Shown in pieces: positions 48,715 through 62,400 of a stretch of 64,000 nucleotides of DNA. The stretch spans positions 485,857,547-485,921,546 of the forward strand of contig NC_058133.1 in NCBI RefSeq assembly GCF_016433145.1. The letters run 5' to 3'. Source of the stretch: Gracilinanus agilis. Lineage: Eukaryota. The notes beneath the pieces are model-generated. The model ran no database searches, was not told the origin of the DNA, and saw nothing but the letters and a program-made list of their open reading frames with translations. The number at the start of each line of letters is the position of its first letter. The first letter of the stretch is position 1. The translations under genes were made by a program, and so were the position numbers.

Positions 48715-51700
48715 ATGTCCGGAGACACCTGCTTGGCTGGCCTGTGTCCAGCCTCAGGGTCTAAGCCCAAACCAGGAGGCTTCAAGGGCGGTGGGCTGGG
48801 CAACAAATACATCCAGCTCAATGTTGGGGGCTCTCTTTACTATACCACGGTTCGCGTGCTCACCCGCCATGACACCATGCTCAAGGCCATGTTCAGTGGG
48901 CGCATGGAGGTGCTCACTGACAAGGAGGGTAAGGACCCAAGGCAGAGAAGGAAGAGGGTGGGTGGCAGCAGGAAGCCATAGGGCTGACTGGTTCGGGGCA
49001 AACCTTGCACAAGAGATATGGGCATTTTCCCTTTCATAGACTATTAGTGATGAGTGGGACCTTCAGGATGGTCCGCTCCATCTCCTCATCTCATAGGTAG
49101 GTGAGGGCCCAAGAAATGAGTCTTCCTATGCCTATCCATACAACCCTTTGAAGTTTTTGGAGCAAAAGAAATAAAGTACTCTGGGTACAGCAGTAATCCC
49201 ACTGGATTCTGATCTGAATTTTTAGGCTGGATCCTCATAGACCGATGTGGGAAGCACTTTGGCACCATTTTGAATTACCTCCGAGATGACACCATCACTC
49301 TTCCCCCAAACCGGCAAGAAATCAAGGAGCTGATGGCAGAAGCCAAATATTACCTCATCCAGGGGCTGGTGGACATGTGTCAGGCAGCACTGCAGGTATG
49401 CAGAGGGCCAGGTATCAGTGCCCAAGCAGCAACCCTCCCCTACTCTCCTTCATGGACTTGTTCTTAAAGAATTGGACAGAGACAGATTTGAGGTAAATCC
49501 AGTGCCAGGTCAACATGGCAGCAGAGCTTCTGGTTCTCCAGAGGGACTGACAACAACCATTATCTGTCTAAATATTTGCCTACCAAGTTGTCTTAGCCTG
49601 GAACCCCTGACTGAATCCTGTAGGCCATCAACTTACCAGTCAGTCATCACTGCCCACAGTCAGTCACTTACCAAGTCAGAATAGGGCCCTGATTACACTG
49701 GGGCCTGGAGAGCGTTGGCATAACCTCTGGATGGGGAGGCAAAACATCTAGGTTCTAAGCCTTATCTTGCTACTATAAGAGCGCCTACTTCCCAAGGTGA
49801 TGGGGCATTCTGAAGATAAAATGAGATATTTGTAAAGTGCTTTATAAAGTTTAAGCCCAATCTTATCCTTATCATCATCATCATTCCTGAGCCTCTTTTT
49901 CATCCGTTGTAAAAAAGGGGAGCTGCCCCCTCAGGTTATGGAAGGGGATGGGCAGTGGCCTTGCAAAGCTGTCCAGGTAGCTCCACTGGAGACTATCAGC
50001 ATAGCTGGAAGCAGTGTTGCACTCCTCGCTGGTACCAGGCACAAAGAGAGTGTGATCCCATAACACCCACCCCTTCTCTTGCTTGCACACATACAGGATA
50101 AGAAGGACTCCTATCAGCCTGTGTGCAACATCCCCATCATCACATCCCCAAAAGAGGAGGAGCGACTTATTGAAGCCTCCACTAAGGTAGCACCACCCTT
50201 CCAGAGAACACCGAGGGGAGGGGATGGGAAGGGGAGGGGGGAGGGATTTGCAGGGAATCAGGCAGACCCTCTTCATCTCTTATCTCCACCCTTCCCCCTG
50301 TAGCCTGTGGTGAAGCTACTTTATAACCGAAGCAACAACAAGTATTCCTACACCAGGTGAGAAGCCTGAGAAGGAGCCACTGCCAGAATCAGGAGGGCCA
50401 CCCCTGGAATGGATGGAAAGAGGGAGCCAAGCTAAGATGCCTCTTGGAACAGCCACACTGAGTGTACATTCCCTTTGGGCAGAGAGAGAAGGGCTAATAG
50501 GGAATGTCCTGGGATGTGAGTCCATAGGGACAAGATACAGGCCAGAAAGTAGCAAAAGAAGCTTGGAAAGCACTTCCCCAGAGAGCACTAATGGACTAGA
50601 GGTCTGGGGCCACAGGAGCTGCCTCTTCTTCCACCCATTGCCCAAGTAGGGACTTATCTTGAGCTCAGGCGTGCCCTCCAGAGTATCCTTCTCTTCCTGG
50701 TCCAGATCTCTGAACCACCTTTGATGACTTAGCTCCAAAAGAAGAGCAGAGAAGAACAACATGTGTAAGACCATTTCCATATCAAAGATGAGATCTTAAA
50801 AAGATCATCTTTATTCTCCTGTGTCTAAGCTATTTAAGGGAAGTTCCACTCTGCTATCCCTTTCTCCCCAGTTCTGTTGTCCATCCCTTTGGTCAGTTGC
50901 AGGCTCTCTCCTGTTTTGGGGCCTGGCATAAAACTAGTGCAGAAGAGTTCCCTGGTTTTTCACAGCCACAGCAACCAAAGAAAACTCTAGTAGTCACCAA
51001 AATGTTGTGCCTCTGAGGCCAAAGGGAAGGGACCCAGCCCAGTCTACAGCCTTAGCTCTTCTCTGCTCCAGAGACCAAGGACTCACTTCACATCTTCCAA
51101 TGTCTTTGTTTTGTAGCAATTCCGATGACCACTTGCTTAAGAACATTGAACTGTTTGACAAACTCTCTCTCCGCTTCAATGGCCGTGTGCTCTTTATTAA
51201 GGATGTCATTGGAGATGAAATCTGCTGCTGGTCTTTCTATGGCCAAGGCCGGAAGTTGGCCGAGGTGTGCTGCACCTCCATTGTCTATGCCACTGAGAAA
51301 AAGCAGACAAAGGTACACCAGGCAGCCCTAGGAGCTGGGGTTAAAAGGGCTGCTTTGTTCCCATTGAGACATAGTATGTAGATCCATTTTTATAGACTTG
51401 GGCCTGCAGGTCATTGAAGTTCAGGGAGAGCCCCAATACTGGGCCTACAGGCTGGGCAGCCACTATCAACTAGATGAGTGTCTTGAAGCATCTGGGTAAT
51501 AGTTGTTGCCTGTGACTGATATCTTGGAGAGACAAGAAATCTGAAGGGCCAGGGTGGCTTGGGCATGCAAGCAGAGGATATGGTAGTCAGAATAGATACG
51601 GGTAAGAGGTTTGCAGAAATATCCAAGACAGCTTCCCAAGTCCCACTGTATTGGGGCATGGTGATGTCTGGCATAGGTCATGTCTGGAAGAGAAGGAGGA

Positions 51701-52564
51701 GGGGGAAGAATGAGCTTGTCCTCAAAAAAAGAGCCCTTAGTGTCCCTGAAGTTAGCCCAGGAGGTCTGAGTATGGTGCCAAGTATAGAATTCAGCTAGTA
51801 TGGGGCCTTAATTTTGTCCCTTTCCCTTTCCTGTAGCACAAAAACCCCAACGGGTAGATGGGCAAGGGAGGCTCTACTCCATTTAGCCTGAGAGGAAGTT
51901 CAGAAAAGACAACTTAATTACTTATAAGTTAAAGCTGCAAAGGCCTTTAGAAATCACCTTCACTACCATATTCATTTGACAGAGGTGACTGAGGTTTCAC
52001 CACATTGAGAGGCAACAAGGTCAGCCAGGCACTCCTCAATGTCTGTTGACCTGCTGTCATAAAGTACAGTATGGCCGTCTTCCCACAAGACAGCCAGATT
52101 TCTGAAAGCATGTATACTGTGTCATTCACAAGCGAGGGTTTCTTCCCATTTCTTAGAAGAGAAAACTGAAGCCCTGCACTGAGATGGGTTCTTATTCTAG
52201 CTCCAAGAGAGATTTTGGTGTTTTGGGGAGTTGCCTTCTGCAATAGGCAATGAAGTTATAGGACTGTGACCAGGTCACCAGCCTTGGAACCCTTTTCTAA
52301 TCCTTCTTGGTTCCCACCACCCCCCAGGTAGAGTTCCCAGAGGCTCGAATCTACGAGGAAACACTCAACGTCCTGCTCTACGAGACACCCCGAGTCCCTG
52401 ACAACTCTTTGTTGGAGGCTACAAGCCGCAGCCGGAGCCAGGTGTGCCCTGGTGAGGATGAGGAGGCCTTTGAACTACGGGACCGAGTCCGTCGCATCCA
52501 TGTTAAGCGCTACAGTACCTATGATGATCGGCAGCTCAGCCACCAGTCCACCCATCGGGACTGA
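48715..52564 (+). CDS. TNFAIP1: BTB/POZ-domain adapter for CUL3 (BACURD2), TNF-alpha-induced protein 1 (319 aa)
   Basis: Exons 48715-48928 (acceptor at 48601), 49226-49395, 50097-50186, 50304-50356, 51117-51312, 52328-52564. [33 protein letters not shown]; 960 nt in frame; 3-aa insertion (AGL) relative to the human sequence as recalled. Confidence 0.98.
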
Positions 52565-55180
52565 CAGTGCCTCTCAGTCTTGGGATCCAGACAGCCCAGG
52601 TTCCCCCCCTCTGGGGTGCACCCAAACCAGCATCACTTGTTGGGCAAGTGTCTGTATTTGCCTCTGCCCCACCCCTCTCCAGAGGCTAAGGGGAGCAGGG
52701 TAGGGAAGGACTTTTGTCCTGCTTCTCTGCTCTGCCCAAGGTGACTGAATCTTGCCCATCAATGGCATAACTAAGCCTTTTTCCTCACCTGCCTGGTTCC
52801 CTGCTGGGATAACTCCAGGGTACTGTTCTTCAGTTCAGCCTTATAGCTCAGGGGATCAACCTCTCCAAATTCTCATTAAGAAGACCCTGAAGCTCTAGGC
52901 CTCGGTTCTTCCTTGTACTCTTTGAAGGGTCCTCTTGCCCTTCACAAGTTTGGGGCACTGTTTTAGGGCCTCTTTCTGAGATACAGTAGGAGCTGAGAAT
53001 TCAGTTCTAGGGATGGAGAGGCCCTAGGCAGTCCTCTAGGAAATTTCTAATCACCAGTGATAAGCAGCAGCTTTTTTTTTTTTATAAGGAAGAGGATATT
53101 TTAAATTCCATGACTGAGCCACCCCTTCAGAGCGGGGGATCTGAGGGAAGCTACCTCAACTCCCCTTGGTTCTCTTCGATCATTAATGTAGTTTCTTCAG
53201 AATATGTTCTATTCTTCTGCAAAGAGACTTCAGCCCTGATCCATCAACTTTTCACCAGAGGAAACAAGGTAATCTCCCCATGTTTTCCTTTTTCAACCAT
53301 TCTGCCTCTTTCCCCAGGACCCATTCCAGAGAAGCAAAGAAAAATCAGTCAGTTTCCTTCTTGGATGAAAAGAATGAAATGGTTGGTCTTGCTATAAAAA
53401 GGAACCAGAGTCCAGCTGCCAGGGCCCTGGGAAATTTAAGAAAAGGCCAAATTCTCAGGCTGGAACAGTGGTAGGTCCAGATGAAAAGAAACTTAGTTTC
53501 TGCCAGCACATAACCTCCACCAGGGAGTCCACTACCCTAGGGCTGGTTTCTACCTCTGCTTTTTTTAGCTCTTTCCCTTATGGGTGCACTCTCAACCACA
53601 CTTTTGGTGTGTTCTCTAAAGGACCATGAGGTGGTGGTGCCTGCATCTTGCCTGCAGTAGATGGTCACTTGGCCACACAAACAATATCCATACATGTTTA
53701 GTGGGCAAGCTTCTGAAAAAGGTAGCATGGTGGCTTCAAAAAGCAATGGCTCCTCTGGCCTTGGCAGAGCAATAATACAGAAGGGAAGGGCCCAAGCTCC
53801 CTTCTGCTGGATCACTTAGCTTATGGAATCTTCATTGTCAGGGGATGAGAATCAGACAGCTTCTCTTCTGGGCCACAGGCCTCCCTTAGTTTAGTTTAAT
53901 CTCCAGAAAAGGATCTTTTCAAAATTCTTTTCCAGAAGCCAGTGCCTCCTTCCTCCCCAGATGACTGTGGTTATCAAATCAGCTGATGCATCTCAGGCTC
54001 TTCCTGCCTCTATTCTTCTAATGGTGGCTTCTAGGAGCCCAAACTGGCCTTTGTTTCTTGGTTCATTCTCCTCTCAAAATCTTGAATGTAGCTCCAAGAC
54101 TCTTAGAATGGCACCTTAACAGCCACCTATTAATGTTCCCACCCTTCATCAAGGCAAGATAATTGTAAGTTCACCTTTCTTTGGTTAGGAAGTCAATTTG
54201 AGTGTGGTCTGACTTAAGGAGACCAACAGTTAACTCACTGTTACATCCTTCGGCATTCAAGGTGGAAACTCGGGCTGCTGTTACCTCTCTTTTGGCTTCT
54301 GTTCACTGTTCTAACCCCCTCAAAGTAGTCCTAGGCCACCTGCCAGGACAGGAAGAGATATGTGGGCTCATGGAATGTTATCACCCTTTTCTCTAACCTT
54401 TTTCCACACAGAAATGAAGACATGTTAGTAGGCGTTATCTTAAATTGCCCAGGCCGAGACTGTCTGAATTCTTGGTCTGTTGAGATGACCACTGCTGCTT
54501 TCACCAGAAACACTATATAGTTGGAGACTTTCCTTTAGAAAACACTAAGTCTGCAATCAAAAGTAGATATTTTTCAAGTGTTCACCAGGAAATCCTTAAG
54601 TCACTCATCTCTTAGCTGTGGGAACTTTTGACTTCAGCAGCCAGAGTAAATGAAAAATAGATCTGAGACAATCACTGCCTGACTGCAGAACCTGCCGCTA
54701 TGGCCCTTCCCCCAAACCCCAGTTCAACTCTAAGTGGCTTTGGTATTTGTTTAGTATAGCACTTTTGAAATGACTGTCCTACCTTTAAAATGCTGTTGTT
54801 CCTGTTGGTTTTTTTAAGTCAGAACTGGACAACCTTCCCCTGACATATACCAAGAGGTTAAATGAGGTTTGGGTGAGGCATGACAGAGGCTCAGAGCTGG
54901 TATTGCTATTTACTGCCCCCAGACCCTGTGCTTGAAACTTCAGGCCCCATTTTGGCAGTTTTGTTGGAAACCAACAGCCAAACAGTTGGAGATTATGCTT
55001 TGTACAATCAGGCTACTTCCTGATCCAAGGGAGGTCTAAGATTGATTTTCCCATCTCTGCCTCAAAGGTCAGGTAGGCCCTTGGCTGAAATGAGGGCCTC
55101 ATTCTTCTCACTAACCTTTTAAATGGCAATATTTCTTTCTCCCCGATTAGCACAGGCAATGGAAGCAAACACTAATTTTT

Positions 55181-55186
55181 AATAAA
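55181..55186 (+). terminator. TNFAIP1 poly(A) signal AATAAA
   Basis: Followed by GU-rich ttgtgtgtgatgtgg at 55221-55235. Confidence 0.7.
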
Positions 55187-55215
55187 ATCCTGTTACACCG
55201 TACACAAAGTGGGAA

Positions 55216-55221
55216 TTTATT
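55216..55221 (-). terminator. POLDIP2 poly(A) signal AATAAA
   Basis: TTTATT on +; a GU/U-rich element (tagtgtttgctt) follows on the minus strand. Confidence 0.65.
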
Positions 55222-56466
55222 TGTGTGTGATGTGGCATAGCCAGAGGTGTCAGTCTGGAGCAATTCTTCTATTCCCTCCTGGATCACAAAACCCGATTTG
55301 GTCCAGTTGTACTATTTCAGGCACTCCCTAGTCAGAGTAGAAATCTAATTTTTAACTCCTGAAATGGGTCATGTTGTCCCCTTGGTCATAACAGCCCAAG
55401 CAGTTCCAACAGGGCAAGTTGGATATAGATGGCATGTTAGAACTCTGCTGCTGATAAAGGCAGCTCTAATCTTACTTTACTTAGAAAAATACAATTCTTC
55501 ACCTTCCAGGAAGCATGGCAGAAAAAAAAGGTTCTCAGTGAGGAGAGGTAGCTGGACCGGCCTCTAAAACCAGTTCTGCCCATCTTAATCATTTGAGTTA
55601 ACCCAGACCCCCTTTTATAATTCTCATCCACATTGGCGCCCAAGAATTCCAATGACTAAGTAACCCTATCCCAGAAACTACAGGTTTCACCATTCCCAGG
55701 CATCCTAGGTGAGCTATGTTCTCAAAAGCCTGAGATAAAAGGTGGACACATAGTATCTAAAAACTCTTACCAAGGGCTGGACAAGTCAACTTTTCTGTGA
55801 CCCCTGGCTAGAGACCCTCCCATGCTCTCATCCTGCGATTGCCAGGCTTGCCAGGAACCAAAGAGTTTGATGGGAAAGAACTCTTGCCTTGCTCCATACT
55901 TCCAACACATGGCCAAGGTCAGGAGAGGCTGGGTCAGATGGCGTTCTGAAACAAACTCCCAGCCAGAGGTGGAGCTCTCTTGAGAGAAGGGTGTTGGAAA
56001 AAAGGACCGTGCTCAGAGTTCTGGTGGTTTCTTTGCTCTCAGAAATGGCAAGAGAGTCAAGTGCCTGGTGCCTGAAGGGGATGAGCTGGTGCCCTGATGC
56101 AGAAATGGAAAGGGCAGCCAGGCATGCACGGATTTATTGACCAAACTTCGCACTCCGAAGCACCTCCGAGAAATGGGCAGGGGGATAGCCCTCCTGTCTC
56201 CTGGGACAGCCAAACGGGAAGTTTTACTGGAACATGGTACAAGCAGGGCAGGAAAGGCTGCTTCTGAAGGAGCCCAGTGAGGGGGGTCTTTAGAGAAAAT
56301 TGTTACATAACCCAAAAAAAAACCACAACCAAATGGAACAAACTATAAGAGACAACACCAAACCTATGGTGGCCTGGGAGAGGTGAAGAAAGCCCAATGT
56401 TCTGCAGCAGCTGTGAGGTGGAAGTCATTTAGGTAGGCCAAGGCTGGGCATGGACCCTGAGTTGCC

Positions 56467-59400
56467 CTACCAGTGAAGGCCAGAAGGGGGTGTTTTCTCA
56501 TCCTTATTGCTTTCCAGAGAGAAGGGAGGAATTCGGACATCAAAGTGAGATCCATCAGGCCTCTCAAAGCGGAACGTGCCCCTGTAAGATGGACAGAACC
56601 TGGCTCAAAGAGAGTTTTGGCCTAAGCCCCTCATCCCTATTAGGAACCTCACTTTCTTAGCTATGGAATAAGTGGGGGAAAATGGCCCAAAGCTCTCACC
56701 TCCCCAGCATGGGAAAAGGGAAGGGCCCATGAAAAGCTGAACCTTCCTACCCTGCCCATCCAACTTCCTAGTGGTGTCAAACAGTACAGACTGTCTTGTT
56801 CTAAACCTGGGGTCCACGACTTTCTGGAAGGTCGGGGGGGAATGACAACATTGTGACAACTATACTTCAATAAAATTATCTTCCACTAGTCCCAGTCCCT
56901 TATATTCAGGCATTTAAAAATATTATGGGCTTCCCCAGCCTGGCAAGATGATTCTAGGACTCACAAAAAGTTTAAGAATGAACATTTGTCCTAGGCTCTT
57001 GACTACCCGGACACAGTGTGCTGGATTGCAGGGACAAAGGAAGGTTCAAGAAGATAGCAATGACTGTCCTGGCATGTCCCAGGATGAGAGGCTCACTCAC
57101 CACATGTGCCCACTGGAGGCCTGCAGAGAAACATGGCTGCTGTACTGGAAAGCTGGCTGTTCTTTGGATAATACAGGCTCCTGGTGGGGTTTGTGAAGGG
57201 GTAGAATCAGAAGAAGCAGCAATGGACACTCACAGGGACTGACTCTTATCCGACCCTGCTGCTGCCCAGAGCCACTTCAAGCTACCCATGGGCCAAGCCT
57301 CCAGATCTGGAGCATCACCAAAAGAATATCGGAAATGGACAAGCTGGTCAATACCCTGCAGGTGCCCCCTTTGGTGCCAGCTAAGATGACCTGACTAATG
57401 GCTTCAGTGTTGAATGGATAGACAAGAGTCCTGTTGCCAACACCCCCAAAAATTTCATCCCCCAGGAATATTAATGTAGTTTTGCCAGAAGCTGTGTCAT
57501 CCACTGCTTATCCCCTCCCCAAACGTACTTAAAAAGAGAAAAATAAAAGACAGGAGTCAGAAAGAGTCTTAAACCCAGCCACCGGGTATCCAAAAGCCAC
57601 CAGGAAGGGAAGCTCTCAGCCTTACCCTGCCTACCACACCTCGGCCGCGCACCGTTTCTAGCGTGCCTGACAAGCTGAATATCCTCCAGTGACGTTCCCG
57701 AAGCTGAACTACATCACTGTCCAAATTTTCCAAACGGATACAGTAGCGCCACTGCCCAAAGAAGGAGAGGGCTGGTCAGGGCTGGGGAGGGGTCTAGGAG
57801 TGAGACAGTGGGCTGTCCTGTTAGGGGAGGATAACCTCTCCTCCCTCCCCAGTCACAGAAAAGCCAACAACAACGCCTGAGAACCTGACCTGATTTTCTC
57901 TTTCCCTGGTCAGAGGGGAAGAGCGCATTCTTCCTCCAAGCCAGCACCACACCACCCCTGCCCTGAGGGCTCTGTGGAAAGGAAAACTACTCACCCAGTA
58001 GACATGGGAATTCTGGGCCTCCTAAGGAGAGAAGCACAAAGATCATTAGCCCCACAGAAGGAGGACCAAGTGCTCAGAGGAGGGGCATTACAGGGCAGGC
58101 CCAAGGGGTTTAAAGAAGTCAGTGCTCCCAGCAGGCACCAGACTGTGAACATGAACTGAGGCAGCAAGCCAGTGGGCCTCCTCCCCTTAAGTTTGCTCTT
58201 CAGGATGGGGGGAGCTTTTGCCCTAGACCTCACTCTTATCTATGCTCCCCCTCCTGTTGAACCTGATGGAGCAATGACACAAGGTATAATGGGAGGAGAG
58301 GAAGACAGTGTAACCCAACCAGACAGAGGCCTAGACTCAGTCCCTGCCTTTATCAATTCTGAAGCAGAGTCAGGGTAGGACAGGAAGCTACAGAGCAAGG
58401 AGGCAGATCAAGATCCTGGGGCAAAAGGACCTGCGCTGGGCCAGCCCAATGCCATCTTCCCTGCCCTGAGTCAAGAGGGGTCATTCTGCACAAAGGATAC
58501 ACTGGAGAAAATATCAAACAAACTGACAATAGATAAAGCCCTAAAAAAACCCCATTCTCAGCCTGCAGAGCCTAGACCCAGAGTGGGGTATGCCCAGGAT
58601 GGGGACCTACCCTCATGCCCATGTAGAAGGGGATGACAGTGACACGGATGTTCTCGGTAGTTTCCCGGTGGACATCTGACAGCTCCAGCCAGGGGTGATT
58701 CTTCTCCTGCCAAGCACGAAGTGTCTCTCGAGCCACAAAGGGTGGAGCTAAGAGAGGAGTGAACCCACCAGCTGACCGCAGGGCTCTGCCTCAGGTGCAC
58801 CTGAAAGGTTTCCTCCATTCTTCCTGCTCAGCCCCTCACCCTACTCCCCCCCTCAGGATGCACATGCCTCTGCCTAATCAGACCCCAAGACAGAGGAAGC
58901 AGAGCATCTGGAAGGAAGCCTGGGCCAAGGACAAGCTCTAAGACCACCCACAGTCTCTGGAAAAGGCCGTCCTGGTCACCCCAGCATCAATCCCTAGGGG
59001 CCAGTACCTTTTGACTGTTCATAGAGGAGAAACCTTTCAAACAGCTCATGCTGGATGGGAACCTGGTCAGTGGATGTATAGGGGAGGATGTCTTCATGGC
59101 TAACATAGTCCAGGCCTAGGAAAGAAAAGCAAAGAAGCTCAGTGAGTGCCACTGAAGAAACAGAGGAGAGAGGCTCTTCTGAGGGCAGAATTGCCAAACC
59201 TGTGCTGGGGGTGTGTGGGTGGGGGGGATTGGAGCAGACCATACCTGAGCTACAGACCCATTCCTCCCACTCCTTAGGGCTCCTTTCCTTTCTGGATCAC
59301 AAATACATAAACTTGGTTCCCAATGAAGAGGCCCTGGCTGAAAGGAAGCAGGTCCTAGTGAGACACAGAGACTTGGGCCTGCCCACCTAGCTTCCTGAAA

Positions 59401-62400
59401 CGAGCCTGGTACTAACACTCGGCCAAACAAGGCATTTCTTGAAGAATGCCAGGTGTATCCCACGATCCCTTGCCAGCTTCAAACTTTCCTTCACGTACCT
59501 GGTATAGCGTAGAGAGCTCGACTGTCATCATGGTTGGCCAAGAACGTCACAGCTTCTGTCTGAGATCTCTGAGACTGAGGCAAGAGAGAAGTTAGGAGGA
59601 TTGGTCTCTGCACACCCACAATGTGAAGGGGCTTCATCCCTGGTCTTGGTTCTGGGAAGGACCAAGGCTGTGTTGTTTCCATCTCACTCCCACCACACAT
59701 ACCTGCTGCCTCTACTAAAGCTCTCAGGCAGGGCACTGGTCTCTCTCTTGGTCAAGGGAATCTGGGGCCCGATATCCTTGTGCACTTACTATGTGTGGAC
59801 AGTCCCGGGCATCAATCAGCACCTGGTAGTAAGTGTGAGTTTTGCCTTTCACCTCCTTAGAGCCATGGCCAGCTGGGTTCTCTGTTCTGGGTATGGGAGA
59901 AAGGTCTCAGTGAAGCAGTTGCTGCATATTCTATAATCTACTTTTATGGGGTGGAGACAGGATGGAGAGCTGGGAGGCTAGCAGAGGAGAGTTCCCAAAT
60001 GAGCTCCTCTGCCAAAGGCACTTCAGGGTTGACTTGTAATGATTCATACCCTCCTGGGGGTGAAGACTAGAAACTGAGGGTATATGTTGGCACAGCTTAG
60101 GCCTTCCTCTCCAGCACTTAGTACTCTTGTCCCCATCCCTCAGTGGTGCTATCAGAGCACTCAAACATCAGACAGACCACTGGGGAAATGCCATCTTCAC
60201 CCTGGGACCCATTATGAGGTGCTTTTCTTCTCCCTTGAGACCACTCCCCTGGCACCACTTGTAAGATACAAACACAGCAGGGAGGCTTACTTTTCTGGGG
60301 CTGTAGAAGCCACATCCCGGTCATACAACCTGGCCTGCCAGGGAAACAGGACAACACCTCGGTACCCAAATATACTATGAAGAAAGAGCTGCAAGAAAAG
60401 AAGAGTCTGTTGAGCCCATGCAAGCCTGGCTACAACATCAGTCTCAGACAAGAACATCACTTCTTTCAGAGACCCAAAAGAGACCCAGGCCCCAACCACA
60501 TACAAGAGAAAAGGAAAAGAGACACCTGCCCAGACAAGGGCGACTAGTGCCCTTCAAAGCCAAGTGGCAAAGTGCTTGTTTCACTCTCAATATTCCTTCC
60601 TAAACATATTCAAGAGAACCTCCTCCACTTGCATCTAAGTCCCCCTAAAATCAAACCATCCCTACATACTTTCAATTGGGAGGTCCAAGGCAAGTCACTT
60701 AACCCCTCTCCATCTGTTATCTCCTCTGTAAAATGGAGATAATAGCAGCACCTGCCTCATGGAGCTACTGTGAGGATAAAGCAGGACCTCATGTTAGCTG
60801 CCATCATCATCATCACTATGACCCTCTGCTAATCTTAGACCACTTTCACCCTGGTACACACAAGTACAGTAGAAACCAGAACTCCCCAAACTGGGGGCAC
60901 CTACTGCTCTCACCCAACCTAAGCCCTAAACCTGTCATTAGAAAACTCATCTGGAAGAAAACCAGCCAATTTCTCATGACTATAAATGGTGACCCCAGTT
61001 ACCATCACTCCCCAGTGGTCATGGTCACTCCCAGCACTTACCTGGCCTGTCTCATATTTTCCATTCTGCTTTGGCACTTCAAATACACCAACTGTTTCCA
61101 ACACTTTGCCCTCTGGTCGGTTTCTGAAGAGAAGGAGAGCACTGAAATGAATGGTTTGGGATTCGGAGAAATTACTGAAACTGGACTTAAGGGATAATAG
61201 AGAAGAGCTGAAGAGAGGCTCTACCAGTACCAACAACCAATGGCAGGTGCTTTGTTTAGAGGACACAAGAGAACATCACAGTACACACTGCTGGGTTGGA
61301 GTCAATAGATCTGAGTTCAAATCAACCCTCAGGCCTTCTGGCTGTGGGACCCTGGGCTAGTCACTTCACCTGTCTGCCTCAGTTTCCTCAACAATAAAAT
61401 GGGGATAATAACAGCACCCACTTTTTAGGCTGTTATGACAATCTGCAAAGTGCTCAGTCCAGTGCCTGGCACATAGTAGGTATTCTAAAAGTTCCTATTT
61501 GCTCCTCTCTCTCATTTATTTGACAGACAAGAAGGGAGCTGTATAAAGGTTCCTCATAAGGCCCATCCACATCTCCCTAATACCCATCCCTAATCCTAGG
61601 CACTACAACAAATTGAACCTTCTCAGTTTCCAGTGTGAGCAGGGGAGACTCCCTGCAATCTATGCAATATGGGGACACCTCCCAGATTTCCCATGAACCT
61701 CCCAGGCTCTTTCATCCAAAGCAAAGATCCCAGAGCTCTTCTGCCCCGTGCCTACAGCAGCACACTCTGTACAAACACATCAACTCCATCTCCACAAATG
61801 AGACAAGAATTCATATTCCCCAAGTCTCCAGCTAGAGACACACTGAAGCCTGGGAGTTCTTCTGTTGTCTCTGGCCATGCCTTAGACCTCAGGGAAGTCA
61901 AAGCCCAGGCATAGGAGACCCAGAATGGTCAGGCATAAAAATTAAGCCTAAAAAGGGAGGCACAGTCTGGGGAAGGGGATGGGGGGTGGAATGGGGGGAA
62001 CAGGACTAGCGGCCTTGAACTTAAATCCTGCCTCAGGGGCCTAGGGTGGGACCTCAAGATAGTCACATAACCAACCTGGGCCTCAGTTTCCTCATCTATA
62101 AAACAGATGGGACTCAGGGGTCTCTAAGGTACCCCACACCCTCCTTAAGTCGTTCTGCCCTTGATTTCTCAAACAAGTTACTACTTCCTTCACCTCAGTG
62201 CCTCTGCACTGGCTGCTCCTGTCCTCAGAATGCTCAGCCCCTCAACTCTGACTCTAGTTTCCCCTCTTCCTTCAAAGCTCAGGTCCCACAGGAAACCTTA
62301 CATATTTCCCAACTAGTGCCAGCCCCTTGCTGATGGCCTTCCATGTATACATCTTCTAGGCCCATAGTTATTTATATGTCCTCTCCATCAGACTGTGAGC

